A stretch of 64,000 bases of DNA, taken from the NCBI GenBank assembly GCA_013265495.1, contig MU058451.1, forward strand, positions 2,227,305-2,291,304, in the 5' to 3' direction. Made by a program: the position numbers and the translations under genes. Below are positions 25,891-40,704 of this stretch, piece by piece (position 1 is the first letter of the stretch; each line of letters begins with the position of its first letter). Source of the stretch: Vicugna vicugna. Its lineage: Eukaryota. Under the pieces are notes generated by a model, which did no database searches, was not told the origin of the DNA, and was given only the letters and a program-made list of their open reading frames with translations.

Positions 25891-27854
25891 TCTGGGCATC
25901 GTCTCAGTGTCACCTGCTTTGGACCCATCCTCAGCTCACAGGTCTCCATGGAGACGTCACTCCCTCTTAGCAATCTAACAACTCCTGTGGTTTACTGCCC
26001 ACAGACTTCGAGTACTACTTCCTCGGCAACTCAGGGAGTCGCGGGATGGGGGAGGAAACAGTGAAAGCTGCTGATTTCAAAACAGAGGCAGGATATAGTA
26101 AGTCACTGAGCGACGGGCAATTTCAAGTGCACTACTCGTATGTGTCTTTCTTGCATCAGTGGTAAGCATCGGCAGGAGGACTGTGAATAAAGAAAAAAAA
26201 AATTGGAAGGAGGAGAAAGCCAGCCGGAGGGTATGGGAAGGAAACCTAGATTCTCTCTGCTTTCTTGAACCAAAATAATAACAAGAGTTGGACACTGGGG
26301 TCCTTTACTTAGTGAAGCGGGGGAAAAGGGGCCAATGTAAAAGCTCATTTAAGAGAATGTGTATCAACATTTAAACTCTGATGTGAGCATTTACCTATTA
26401 TGTTTCAAAACTGGAGCTAGGGACATACTCCTCTTCCTCTAAGTTTACGACTGTGAACAGGTAATTGAAGAAATCACAGCCACCAGCCTGGCGGCACAGA
26501 GCTCAGGGATGCTTGGAAAAGTCCTTCTTAACACATTTGCACCACCACCCTTGTCTTAACGTCAGCAATGATCAAAAGGGGATCCAAGTTGGGTTCGTCT
26601 CCCCGCCCGTGCCCCAGAGGGAAAGCCGTGTCTCGGTGGGGAACACCGGTGTCTCCCTTCACTGCAGATTCCTTAATCCGATTCTTTAAGATGATCCAGA
26701 GAAGGTGGGAACACACAGCGGTAGCCTGTGATTTCCTTTGTTGTCAGCAGCCTGCAAGCCTCTTTTCATCTTATTAAAATTATAGCCTTTCTGCCAAGAT
26801 TGAAAAGAAAATCAGGAATTGGTAATTGTATTCCCCTCAACTCCTTCCAAACTGGGGAGCATGTCTGAGAGCCCTTCTCGGCTTACAGCACTACTCGTGT
26901 GGTGTTTCCCACTGCACCCAAGGATTAAAATGAAGTTTGCCCTACTGCCCAGCCAAGTACACGGTTCTCAAGCACACAGCATGTCCTTGTTTACGTTAGT
27001 CCACCTTTCTAGCCCATCCTCCCTGTCTTTGAGGCCCGCTTCTAACAATGCATCCTTCATGAAGATTTCTATGAACATGCTGGATGTTACTGCCTAGTTT
27101 TTAAACCTCTGCTACCCTCTGTCGTTCTCTTCCGGCCTGTTTCTCACTCTGGATCAGTCACTGGTATCCTTGATTTCTCCCCATTTTTCAGGAAGGTGTA
27201 TTGACACACACTTCTCCCCTACTCCACAGGCTTTCCTGCAGAGGGGTTTTCCTCTTGACCTAGACCTTCCTCCTCCTCCCCGCAGAGGCGGAGCGAGTCT
27301 CTCTCTCCTCACCCCCTTTCCTCTCAGGGGTTTGTCTGTCTGTCTACACGGTGGAGATGCCTTGCTCTGCTTGGCAGTGAAGGCCTGACTCAGCAGGTGA
27401 GCCTGAGGCTGTCAGCAGTACCTGGCTGGGTACATTTGCCCAATTCTGAAGTTCGGGATGAGGAAACCCTTGTTGCCACACATCTAAGCCAAGATTTCCC
27501 TTCCAGTTTTTATCAGGAAACAAAGCTAATATTTTCATCTTCCTCTGCTTGAATACTAATCTCACAACTGCTTTCAAACCCAAGCACGGAAAAGGAGGCG
27601 TTCTTGCTAAGTGCCTTCTAACTCCAATAATAAGGACTCACTGTTGCATCTTCTGCAGATTCTAGCAAAACTCATTGTACAGCCACTCAAATAACATTTA
27701 TCAAATTGAATTGAAAGAGATAACGTGCATAAAATTCATGGAATGTAATTTTCCTTATGCTTATGTTCCCATCTATAAACCATACAAACAATAACTTAAA
27801 TATCTCTCTGTAAGGTTAACAAAATACAACATATTCCGTATATAACAGAAAATA

Positions 27855-27860
27855 TTTATT
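27855..27860 (-). terminator. Probable polyadenylation signal of C8orf89
   Basis: AATAAA on the minus strand ~130 nt after the stop codon. Confidence 0.55.
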
Positions 27861-27990
27861 TCCTATTTACATTTCCATTTTTATGTAAATCATTGCACAA
27901 CATACCGCATATCAAAAAAAGAAAAAAGTAAAAGAAAGGAAAAATATAAACCTGAAAAGTCAGTGAAGACAGCATCCCACTGTGCGATAA

Positions 27991-28239
<249 letters not shown>

Positions 28240-29049
28240 TTAAACACCACTAGTTCTTCATATGACACATTCTCTGAGGTAGAAATGAGAGCTACTTAAC
28301 TTTCTAAAGTGGCTGGGATGGCAAATCACCTCAAAAAATATTTAAATAAAAAATGCTGAAATGCTTGTATTTAATTATATAAAACTAAATCTGAGTCTGT
28401 AACACACTTCTTAAAACATGAGTGGCTGTGGAATTTATCCCAAAATAAAAGGCCCGATCTCCATAAATAATTAACTCACTTCATACCTTATATGCTTATC
28501 AAATTACTGTCTCCAAATAAACCCACTTCTTAAAAATGCTAAGTGAAATAAGAGTGAAACTACAAAGTGAAATAAGGCATTCAGTAACTAGAACAGCATT
28601 AATAAAGCTTCTATGACAGAATGGTAATAGTAGTAATAACAATAATAATAATAGATAACATTTATTGAATGATCTTTCTCATCCACACAAGAATACTATG
28701 AAGCTCATGACTAGTACTATCTTGGATTACAGATTCAAAAAACTTTTTTTAAATTGTTAGAGGCAGGATTTAAATACAGATCCATCACATTCAAAGTTCC
28801 CATGTAGTCACAACATATTACTCTAAACATGTGAATATGTGTAATACTTTTATTTAGAAACATACAGCCTTTGAAAATAAAATACTGATCCATATTGTTT
28901 CAAAATACTATTATATAACTTCAGTTTCAAGTGCCAAAAACAATTCTCCAATGTGGTTGTTATGTTTTGTTTGTTTTGTTTTATTTGAGTATGTAATGTG
29001 AGTAGAAATTTCAGAGAGAGTAGAGGGAAAGAAGATACATTTTTAACAA

Positions 29050-30050
29050 TAAGATAAATTTTTAAATTCTCGACTATTTAGAAATATATACACACATTCT
29101 GAATTATTCATCCATCAAAAAAGAAATTGTGATAAACATTAAAAATACCTGTAACTAAACGATCAAGAAAATATTATAAAACTTGCACGATGCAGCAAGA
29201 GTTGTACATAGAGAGGTTTATACCCTAAAATTCCTGTGTTAGAAAAGAAGACTAAAAATTAATAAGCTAGGAATAAGATATACGTTAGGAAAAGAATAAG
29301 CCCAAAGAACATGAAGGAAAGAAGATAATACAGAAAAGAGGAGAAATCAATGAAATAGGAAACAAACTTACAATAAGAAAGATTTCTTAAAAAAATGAAT
29401 TCTTCAATAAAAGACTAATAAAAAAGGAAAGTCATTGGTTAGATTAATTATGGAAAAAAGATGAAGGCCCAAATAAGCAATATTAGAAGTACAGAGAGGG
29501 CAAAGACTAAAATTTATGCCAATACATATGAAAATGTAGACAAAATGCAAAAAATTCTAGAAAAGTAACTTACCAAAATTGATTGAAGAATTAGCATGCC
29601 TCAGGAGTCCTAAAATTAAAATGCCTGAATTAATACTAAAAGATTCCTCCAAAGAAAACAAGTAATCTAAATGATTTTACAAATGAATTCTATCAGAGGT
29701 CATTCCAATTTTAGATCATATACTTCAGAGAATAGAAAAAGCAGAATATTCCCCAATTCATGCCATGAGGCCATTACAACCCAATCCATTACAGTGAATC
29801 CAGACAAAGAAAGGACAAAGAGGAAAATTAGTGGTAATCTCACTCATTAACACAGTTAAAAAAAAAAACAACAGTAAAACACTAGCAACTTAAATATGGC
29901 AGTGCACAAAAAACATAATACATCATTTCTTAAATGAGAGTATTCAGAGAATGTTAAGAGTGGCTTAACATTACAAAATCTTCAAATGTTATTCTTCACA
30001 TTAAAAAATTAAACAGAAAATCACATGATCATCTCAAACTCATATTCTAA
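29050..30050 (+). mobile_element. Old degraded L1 ORF2
   Basis: A-rich, with 'aaatttatgccaata...gaaaatgtagacaaaatg...tcacatgatcatctcaa'. Confidence 0.7.
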
Positions 30051-30455
30051 ATAAGTGGAAAATGCTCCTTGGTGCTATATACCCTCTTAGTCACCATGGA
30101 GTAGTTTTTTGGAACCCAAACTGTTGGCATATAGATAGATTTTTGTAGTTGGATATTATCCGCACACAGGTTCATGAAAGACTTAATTAGAAGATAAGGC
30201 TAGAAAGCAAAGTTAGGGGAAGATGGCAAAGAGTTGAGGGCCAAGCTAAGGAGTTCATACTTGAGTCTGTGGGTAACAAGGAGTCGTCGTTTTTGAAGAA
30301 GGGAGTGATATGATTAAAGGCCATGATTTTAGGCTTATATTGTAGTGCTGAAGGATTTCCAAGGTCAGAAACTCGAAGCAAGACCATTTTCCAGGCTCTG
30401 CAGAGGCCCACGTGAGAGATGATGGAGGCCTATCCAGGGCCCTGGGAGGCATGGC

Positions 30456-30941
30456 TGTTAGCATGGCTGACGCCATCTTGGGTCCACACAGTTCCTCCTG
30501 TCCTTCCACTGACCCTACCCAGGACTGTACTGTGTGGTAAATCACTTCTCTGTCATCAAGGGCTTCGGAGTTAATAGATATTGTTTAATAATCCTTGGGA
30601 CCAGGTGGACACTATGCTCTGTTGGCCTCCAAATAATGATGAAGACCTTCCTGGTGCCCATGAGACTGGTTACCCATTCATAAATCTTGATTTAGGAATG
30701 CCCTTCCTGTTTCTAAGCACATACCCCAATACCTATGTTAACTATAAAGTCCCAGCGGACCCTCGGTGTGTGGAATGCAGCTATGATGCTTCCAGATCAT
30801 TGTCCACCCCATCCCACCCTGAGAGTAAGTTACCATATAATAAACTGATCCATTGATACATGGAGCTGCCTGCCTCGGTTTTCGGTCTCAAGATACCTTC
30901 TCAGTTCAGCGGGCACTTTTCCTTCCCTCCATCCTCCAACA
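30456..30941 (+). mobile_element. Probable ERV solo LTR in a C8orf89 intron, antisense to the gene
   Basis: TGTT...AACA termini, internal TATAAA (~30743) and AATAAA (30839-30844); no clean TSD. Confidence 0.6.
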
Positions 30942-31113
30942 TGAGATGATTGTGTATGTATATTTTGAACACAACATCCACTAAGTTTATAAAATGAACA
31001 AAGCTTAAAAGAAGCATCAACAAAACAAAGATAATTATGTCAATGGAAAGAACAATTAGTACTCCACACTTTTACTAAGACATGTGGTAAGAGAAAAAGA
31101 TGCCCCAGCCTAC

Positions 31114-31169
31114 CTTTTGGTTTCTCCTTAAGTGGCACCACAGTACATGCTGCCTTTGTCTTCTTTATC
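31114..31169 (-). CDS. C8orf89: C8orf89 coding exon (R|IKKTKAACTVVPLKEKPK|G)
   Basis: 56 nt, ttttag|G ... AAAG|gtaggc; phases match both neighbouring exons. Confidence 0.88.
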
Positions 31170-33512
31170 CTAAAATGATACATTATCATAAAATCATTTT
31201 TATATAAATCCAGGGTACATTAATTTTTTAACATACAGTAAGAGACAAGAAGCACACTTTCAGTGAAATTCACTTGTGGAGGGAAATCAAATGGAAATTA
31301 AATAAACATTAATCCATCCATCATAAATAATCCAGTGAGAAGCAGATATGACCAAACTTAGTGTCTCAGTTTTTGCTAATAAATTTTAGCAGCAGATGAG
31401 TGTTATGTCTAACTTTTTCCACCTTTATCTTAACTTATCACTAATTATAATTCGGGGAATGCTAAAGGAAAGGAATCAAGATTAAATTAAATTATCTCGA
31501 GATGCCAGATACCAACTATCACTTATCTGTGCTCTTTTTACCTATTAATCGCCACAATCTGAGTGTTGTCATAATTAACTTTCATTCCTACTGGAATGGA
31601 CCTAGATAGTGAGGAGGTTCTTAGAAGAAACATGTCACGATTGAGTCTTCTGTGGGGTGAGATAATCCAGAAGAATTCCAGATTTCTTGCAACTATATTA
31701 AACTTCAGAGCTCAGCTATAACTTATAAATGCACTTCCCCTTGAGGACTACTTGCAGTTTTATTACCAAAGGATGCCTTGAGAGTCACTGGAAAATTTTA
31801 TCACTAAAGAAATTTAAAAACACATTAAACTTTTATCAGAGTTTCAAAATCACATATCCACATATGGAGATAAAAAAAGAAGAAGAGGACAAGGGGTTGT
31901 ATACAAGACAGTAAGAGCTGGTACTTCCCTGCTTTGCCAAGACTGTTCTTTCACAGGGCGCTGGGCAATATGCAGAGGAGAATAAAACACTTGCAGGCAA
32001 CTCGACATGTTCTCGCTAGAATGGCTAAAATAAAGACACTCGTTTCAGGGACAGGGAAGAGAGCTGACATGTACGTCTGCCAAGCACTCCATAGACATCG
32101 TGGCACTTGGCCACCCATCTTCCCCTTTGTACCTGAAGAACACTTGTTGTAACATGAATATAATGTATTCAAATTACCCTTCATTGACTTCAGTAAATTC
32201 ACTCTTAAGTCAATGGAAAATGTTGAGGAATCATTTCACAAACAGCCAAGTTGTAAATGAAAAAAAAAACTGAAATAGAGTAAAAACAGCAGGAAGCAAA
32301 ATGAAGACTTAAAACTTAGAGGCAGAATGGGCTGATTCAGGGGGTACTTTCCAAGTCCCAGTCTCAAGATGATCACATGCACTGCAAGAAGGGAGACAAT
32401 GCTGGTCTCTACTGAGACAAGTCCACGGCCATAGGCAGCCCTATACACTTTCACCCCGACCCTCCTCAAAGGGCACTGGGACTTCCAGTGAGAAAGACAA
32501 GAGTGAGCTGAGTGTCAGGGACATAGGTGTCTCAGTAATGATGGAAACTCACTGTCCTTAGCAGGTTTCATATTCATGTTTCTGACGGTCTCTCTCCTTT
32601 CTCCATCCCTGCTGTCCCTTCTGTTTAACTGCTACCATCAACCCTACTGGCAAATCTCTCTCTCTTCTTCCATCTCTGGTTCTGCCTATTTCATTATACT
32701 CTCACTTCAGAAAGAGTAATTTTGCTTTTTATATTTTTATAGCTTGACAATCTGTCCTTGGATATTATTAAAAAACGATGGGAGAGGCTTTACGTATACA
32801 GTTGTTCATTATGGTGTTATTGGCAAAACCAGTTAAATAAACTATGGATCCACCAGTAAAATCATATGTGGCCAGTAAAGTCAGTCTGAAGATTGTGCAG
32901 CGACATGAAAAAAAAATGTATACATGTAATATTAAGTAAAAAAAGGGCAGAATAAAAAATTTTAAGTACACCCAAATCACAATTTAAAGTTCCATGAAAA
33001 TGAAGGAGGACAGAAGAGAACACTCAACAATAAAAATGGATATGTTAGGATGGGCAAATTATCCAATAATTGTTTATCTTTTTCCCCCAAGTTTCTGCAT
33101 TCTTACTTACTTTCATAATTTAGATATAAATTATACACAACTTTTCATTTTTACCATATTCTAGTTTTCTATTTAAATTACCAAAATTTATTTCAAGAGT
33201 AATTAACAAGACCAATAATACTAGTGGAAAACTCAAGAAATATATTCTGAAATTCCAATACGTGTGTGCTATGTATAACTAAATGACTTTAAAGTTCATT
33301 ATGGCAGAAGATAATACGAAAATATATATCCTCTGCCAAACAGAGTTGCAACTCAAACTGCTATAAATCCTTTGTCTTTTTTCAGGCTGGCTAAGTGAAC
33401 TAGTTCCAGACATTTAATAAATACTCGATGAATGAATAAATAAATCAAAGCAGAAACCAAATAGGAATATGAGACCATTTTACTAATTTATAGATCTTTT
33501 TGGAGAAGGAAG

Positions 33513-33614
33513 TTTTTTTTTTTAATTTTTATTTTTAATGGAGGTCCTGGGGATTTAGCACAGGACCTCATGCGGGCTAAGCATGTACTCTACCATTGAG
33601 CTCTATCCACCCCC
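33513..33614 (-). mobile_element. tRNA-derived SINE
   Basis: Same family as the other SINE copies; TSD AAGGAAGTTTT on both sides. Confidence 0.85.
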
Positions 33615-34178
33615 AAAGGAAGTTTTCTTTCAGTGATATGTCAGGAAGTCTGATTTATAGTAGGAAAGGTGTTTATCATAATGTTTTTAAGTGCCAGTAT
33701 TCAAAGTCAGTGGGATTTTTTGGCGGACAAACTCATTTTATCCGACAGCCAAGCAAAGTCTTCATTAGGCTGACCTCTCATTCAGACTGTGCCCTCACAC
33801 CACTTCAGTTAAACTAGAAACACAAGGTTCTGTATTTAGGGTACAGACACCTGCTTATATTGCAGGGAGTCTTCATTTATTTTTATTGCTGTAAATTCCA
33901 ATATTCTCATGAGCTATTTACATTTAGGGCAATAAAGACTTTTTTTTTTTTTTAACAAAGTCCTTAAATCCTTTCTGGAAATGTCACTTGAAAACTGAGA
34001 AACCACCTACTGGTCAAACTGAGTAAAACTGCTAATTTAGATTTAAAAAACTAAATCCTTTGTGCAAAAAAATAGTTGGCAAGAAAGAATTAGATTCACT
34101 AGCCAGAAAAACCTCTATATTCAGCACTGTTACTACAAATCAATATTCAACAAAAGAGCATCAAATAGAGAGGACTTA

Positions 34179-34337
<159 letters not shown>

Positions 34338-35840
34338 TTAAAAACAGTATCATAAATGATTATCAGTATTATTTCTTGGTTAAACGTATATAACTTCTTT
34401 TACTATATACTAAAATGCATAATAAATATACTGAATCAGTCATTAAGAACAAAAATTAAGCTACTGTAATTGATCTAGCATCTTTACCAAGAGAAGACCT
34501 TTCAGTTCCTAGTATGGGGGCTGTAGGGAAGAGTTGATTAAGGGGCTAAGAGTTAGAACAAAGAAGAAGGACTTCCAGATCCTCCACAGTTGTCACTGTC
34601 CTCTGCCTTCATCAATTTTATTTAATTAGAATTCCCAGAACACTGGAAACATTCACAATGAAATAGGGTTTAAAAGCACTTTCAAGAGTCGTGCAATATC
34701 TGCTGTTTTAAAATTTTTTTTTATCTTCCCACTTTTGCGTAATCAAGAAGTGCAAATACATGATTATCGGAACTAGCAATGAAAGAGAAAAGAACTCTAT
34801 TTCAGGCATTGATTTTTAATACTCTCTCTGCAAAGTTCCACACCAAACCTATGAACAGCAACATCTGAAGCACCCAGAGGGGACTTCTTCTTCCTGTATC
34901 ACTGGTAGAAGAGATTCTCAATTTTTTTTTTAACTTCAAAATGAAGACAGTAAAGGGAAAAATCAGATTACAAGATGAAAGGTTTGGGTGATTTTCAAAC
35001 ATTGAGCATGATTTTTCAAGCTTTCTTTGCTAAGCAAGTCTAGCACAGCAATAGAAAGTATTTAATGGGACTAGAGCTATAGTAAATGCTCAAGGTGCTA
35101 TTTTGCAACTTTTGGTTATTCTCTTTTGGAAAAAAGTTTCTCTTGATCAAAAATCATGTAGAGTCTCTTTTTAGCTTTACATTTAGAGGTAGGAGAACAG
35201 ATAAACTGGTGTGTTCTGAGTACCTTTAATGAGAACCTAGTGAAAACATTAAAAAAAAAAACACAGCAACACACTCGAAACCAAGAATGATGAAATGGCT
35301 GAGGAGTTTAAATTTTGCTCTTTTCAAGAATTATTTCTCCATTAATAAAGCTGAAGGTAGAATTCAGGATGAACAAGAAATGCAATTATAATTTGAAATT
35401 AAGGGAGAAAGCTATTACATTTGTATACAAATCAAAAGTTCTCAAATTAGTCTTTTGAGCAACTATCAGATGTAACGTACTTTCCACATAACTCACTCAA
35501 AAATTTAAAGTTTTGGTTAGGATTATTAAAACAGAAAGGTGCTGTTAAAGATTTGGGTTTCTTAAAATATAAACATCAACTTGAGGCATATAGAAGCAAA
35601 CACTATTTATGAAAAAAGTATGATCCAACAGAGATAGTGTTACACTGATATCAAGAGTAGTTTTTTAGAATGTGTTCCCATTACGAGTTACTGAATTATC
35701 GTAAGTAGATTAATTCTAATCTGCTTCCGTTTTTCTTTTCCACAAGCCTAAGGTGTTATCCTTACATAAATATTACAGAAATCATTTAATTTCTCTTGAC
35801 TACTTAAAAAAGTACCTGTAAATTCAAGGCACTATTTCTA

Positions 35841-36053
<213 letters not shown>

Positions 36054-36369
36054 TCAGGACACAGATACAAAAAAAAAAAGAAAAGGTATTTCACAGATAA
36101 ATATTTTTCTAATTTGTTTTCCATCATACAAATTAAATACTAATATAGATTTAAATAAAAAGTTCACTTATAACTTGTAAATATATATTCTTGGGATTTT
36201 AAAGCAAGAGGCTTTTAAGAATACAGCTAAAATAAGTAGATTATTAAAATTTTTTTTAATATTTTAATGAATTCTTTCAAATTCAAGGTTATAGATATTT
36301 GGCAATTAAAAAAATTTTAAGTCCAACAGCAAGTTATTATGTACAAGACAATGGAATGCTTAGGAGTCT

Positions 36370-38800
36370 TTCAAAAATATTACCATTATGCACCATGACG
36401 AGGGGAAATTTATCTCTGAGATGCAAGGATGGTTCAACATAAAACATTAATAAGTGTAATATATCAGATATAAGATAAATAAGTATTAGGGATGTAATAA
36501 GTACAGAATGAAAGATTAAAAATCACAGGATCATCTCAATAGACACATTTGATAAAATTCAACATGCTTTCATGATAAAAAAATAAACTTTCAACAAATT
36601 AGAATTAGACAGAAATTATCACAACATAAAAAAGGCTATATATGAAAAGCCCACAGTGAACATCGTAATCAATTATGAGAACTGAAAGCTTTCCTCTGAG
36701 ATCAGCAACAAGGCAAGGATGCCCACTCTCACAACTATGTAACATAGTACAGGCAGTGCTAGCCAAAGCAATCAAAAACAAACAAACAAACGCATAGAAA
36801 GAGAGAGCAGATTTGTGGTTACCAGAGGCGGAGGCTGAGGAGAGAGGAAATTGAATGAAGGCAGTCAAAAGGTATAAATTTCCAGTTATAAGATAAATAA
36901 GTACTAAGGATGCAATGTACAACATGGTAAGTATAATGAACACTGCTACACGTTATAATGAAAGTTGTTAAGAGAGTAAATCCTAAGAGTCTTCATCACA
37001 AGGAAAACTTTTTCTTCTATTTCTTTAATTTTGTGTTTATATAAGACGGTGGATGTTTACTAAACTTACTGTGATAATCATTTCATGATGTATGTAAGTC
37101 AAAGAATTATGCTGTACACTTTAAACTTTTACAGTGCTGTGTGTCAGTTACATCTCAAAACTGAAAGAGAAAAGAATTTATTATATTTAACATAAAAAAA
37201 GGAAAAAGAAAATGGGAAAATCTTCATGATATTCTTAACAATGATTTTATGGATATGACACCAAAAGCACAGGGAACAAAGCAAAAACACACAAAAATCA
37301 ACTCAAAATGGATTAAAGATTTAAACCTAAGACCTGAAACTGTAAAGTTGCTAGAAGAAAACATAAGGAAAAGTTTCATGACATTGGTCTTGGCAAGTTT
37401 TATGGATAGAACAGGAAACAAAAGCAAAAACAGACAAGTGGGACTATACAAACTAAAAAGCTTCTATGCGGCAAAGAAAACAATCAACAGAATGAAAAGA
37501 AAACCTACAGAATGGAAGAAAATAATTGCAAACTATTTATCTGATAAGACGAAGTCCTAGAACTCCTCAGCAAAAACAAACAAAAGAAAAACAATAAAAA
37601 AAACCCTATTAAAAATGGGCTAAAACCAGAGATTGACACATTGTAATTGACTGTACTTCAAATAAATAAACAAACAAATAAATAAAAAAATAATTTTTTA
37701 AAAGAAAAAAAATGGGCTAAGGACTTGAATAGACATTTCTCCAAAGAAGACATAGAAATGGCAAACAGGTATGTAAAAAGATGCTCAACAGCACTAAACA
37801 TCAGCGAAATACAAATCAAAACCACAATGAGCTATCATCTCACACCTGCTACGATACCTATTATAAAAATTTTTGTGTTGGTGAAGCCATAGAGAAATTG
37901 GAACCCGTATACACTATTGGAGCAAACGCAAAATGGTGCAGCCACTATGTAAAATAGTATGGAGATTCCTCAAAAAAATTAAAGAGAACTACCGTAAGAT
38001 CCAGCAATTCCACTTCTGGGGATTTATCCAAAAGTATTGAAATCAAGATCTCAAAGAGTTACAGGGTGGGAAGGGATAGATGAGATTTCAAAATGTAGAA
38101 CAGATAAACAAGATTATACTGTATAGCACAGGGAAGTCTACACAAGGTCTTATGGCAGCTCAGAGAGAAAAAAATGTGACAATGAATATATGTCTGTTCA
38201 TGTATAACTGAAAAATTGTGCTCTACACTGGAATTTGACACATTGTAAAATGATTATAAATCAATAAAAATGTTAAAAAATGAATTAAAAAAAAAGATCT
38301 CAAAGAGTTACTAGCACTCCCATGTTCATTATACCACTATTCACAATGGCCAGGATGTGGAAACAACCTAAATGTCCATCAGTGGATGAATGGATAAAGA
38401 AAGTGTGGTATATAGATATACAATGGTATATTATTCAGCCATAAAAGAAGAAAGAAATGGTGAAATATGAAACAACATGGATGAACCTTGAGGACATTAT
38501 GCTAAATAAATCAGTCATAGAATGACAAATGCCTCACGAGTGCACATGTATGAGGCATCTAAAATAGTCAAACTCATAGACGCATAGAATGGTAGTTGCC
38601 AGGCTCTGGGATGGGGGAGGAAATGGGGAGGTGCTAATCAGACGTTATAAAGTTTCACTTACGCAAGATGAATGCATTCCAGAGATCTGCTGTACAACAT
38701 TGTACCTGTAGATGACAATACTCTATTGTACACTTAAAAATCTGTTAAGAGAGTAAATCTCATAGCGTGTTTTTACCACAATAAAATTAAAGTTTAAAAA
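36370..38800 (+). mobile_element. Composite L1 cluster (ORF2 pieces and 3'UTRs) with nested younger L1 3' ends
   Basis: ORF 37249-37560 (KINSKWIKDLNLRPETVKLLEENI) is L1 ORF2. Nested TSDs: AAAAATGGGCTAA (37611-37623/37708-37720) and AAGATCTCAAAGAGTTAC (38045-38062/38294-38311). Confidence 0.9.
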
Positions 38801-38997
38801 TTATTACCATCACAAAATGCACTTGTGCCTGAATAAAAGATAATTTCTATGCTTCATGGAAAATAAGCATAGCCCCAAGATAGCCATTGCTTTTAGTCTA
38901 AACAGGGACACAGGAGAATAACTAATCATACATCCAGCTTATTTACTATATAATCAATTATATATATTGTGTGTATGATGTGCAAGGCATTACTAAC

Positions 38998-39038
38998 CTC
39001 TGAAGAAAGTGCAACCATGAGCCAGACTCCGCCCCCAT
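38998..39038 (-). CDS. C8orf89: Putative upstream coding exon of C8orf89 (MGAESGSWLHFLQ|S)
   Basis: ATG in strong Kozak context (AGAATGG), in-frame TAG upstream, donor GAG|gttagt; phase 2 joins the 36042 acceptor in frame. Confidence 0.6.
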
Positions 39039-40704
39039 TCTCGGAGAAGACAACCACCGCTCCAGGTACAACTACCTGAATGCCTACGGCCATCCTCCTT
39101 GGTGGGCATTTGTTCATTTCTCCAATCTTCCCAACAAAAAAGGTTATGAACATCCAGATTCAGCTGTGCTCATTCATTCATACAAAATATGATTTACTGC
39201 AGGTTGATTCTCTGTCAAGGACTGCACAAGGCATTGGAAAACCCTGGTAAAACAGTCCTTGCCCTGGGGGAGCTCAGTCCACAAATAAACACAGACAGCG
39301 GAACAAATAATGTAGTGTAGTAAGTGCTACGATGGGGAAACAGGGTGCTACGGGGCACGCAGGAGAGACGGGTAATCCGGTCTCGCGCGTTAGGGAAGCT
39401 AACAAAGCAGAAAGCTGGTGGGAGTGGGGTGGGGGTGGGAACAGGACTGCGAGCTGAGCGACAACATAGCTCAGGAAGGTAGTTTCATATAGTTGGAGTG
39501 TGTGCACATGTGTGTGTGTGTCCAAGCGCTTAGAGGCTCACTGACGAGGAAGGAGGGGAAAGATGAGAACCTGGGAGAGGAAAGGGAAGAAGGACTAAAA
39601 GAAACAAAAGAAGAGGTAAAAGAGGAAAGATGAAGGGGGAGGAGGGATGGAGAGCAACATAAAGTAGCCTTAGGGATGGGGTAGTCATGAGAAGTGAGTG
39701 TCTCCCAGGAAGGCCGTGCCGAAGGAGCCAGCTGCGTCAAGTCCTGGAGACATTATTCATTGTGACATGAGAAAATGGGATAAGAATAAAGGGGGAAAGT
39801 CTTTGGATTTAGGGAGGAGATCTTGCGTCTGCTTTGAAATGGCAGTGTTGGCAATTAAAGAGTAGAAACCAGAGAGTTACGGGCTGCAGTGTCGGTGTGA
39901 AGAGCACTAGGAAACGCCGTCAGGGACAGGAAGAGAAAGGGAGAGCCACAACCTCAGTGGGCATCTCCAATCAGAGCGGCCAGTCCTCTGGCTCTGAGCC
40001 CGCTAAGAGGCTCACATTGCTCCCCGTTATTCTCCAACGCTGCCACCACTCTATACTTGCGGTTGATCCTCCTTCCCAGCAACAAGAAAGAAGAGTAGTT
40101 CATTCTTTCTTTGATGCTCTTGAATTCTCTTGATTTCATAGGATTTATTGCTAAAGACTTGAGAAAACAAAACAAACGTAAGGGCGATAACAATCATAAA
40201 AATGACAACAAATCTAAACTATGGAGTAAATTATAATTTCCGAAGTCTTAAAAGGACTCTCCAAATCACAATCCAGGACTCCATCTAAGACCTTTCTCCC
40301 CCTTGCACTTGTAGAGGTGAAGATGACCAGACAGCTTTCTTTCAGCTCCAAGGCACACCATCCTCTCCTTCTTAGAAGCCTCTCTACCAGGACAGAAGAA
40401 GCAACCAAGGGACTAACAATCAACACCTGGTGTCAAACAAAGTTAAGAAAAATTTCCTTAAAACTGAGTATTTTGAAAAAGTTTACACAATGAATATCTG
40501 AGGGATCATGTATAATAGCTACATTTTTGTGTATGTTTGAAATTTTCCATAATAAGTTAGGGGAGAGAAAAACCTACAGCTGCAAGAATAATGTACAACT
40601 TAAAGAATGTGCTGAAATTTAAAAAAAATTTTTTTGATCCTATGTTTCCTGCTAACATGGTCACCACCTAATTCTAATGGGAAAAGAAAAATAAAGGATA
40701 CTTT

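Noticed and set aside
1..27800. Exons of SBSPON, the expected syntenic neighbour
   Set aside because: No somatomedin-B or thrombospondin-like exon recognised; the gene probably lies outside the window.
39954..40426. Minus-strand 70-aa and 79-aa ORFs between the candidate C8orf89 leader exons
   Set aside because: There is a good acceptor at 40426, but no convincing donor or homology, so it cannot be supported as coding.
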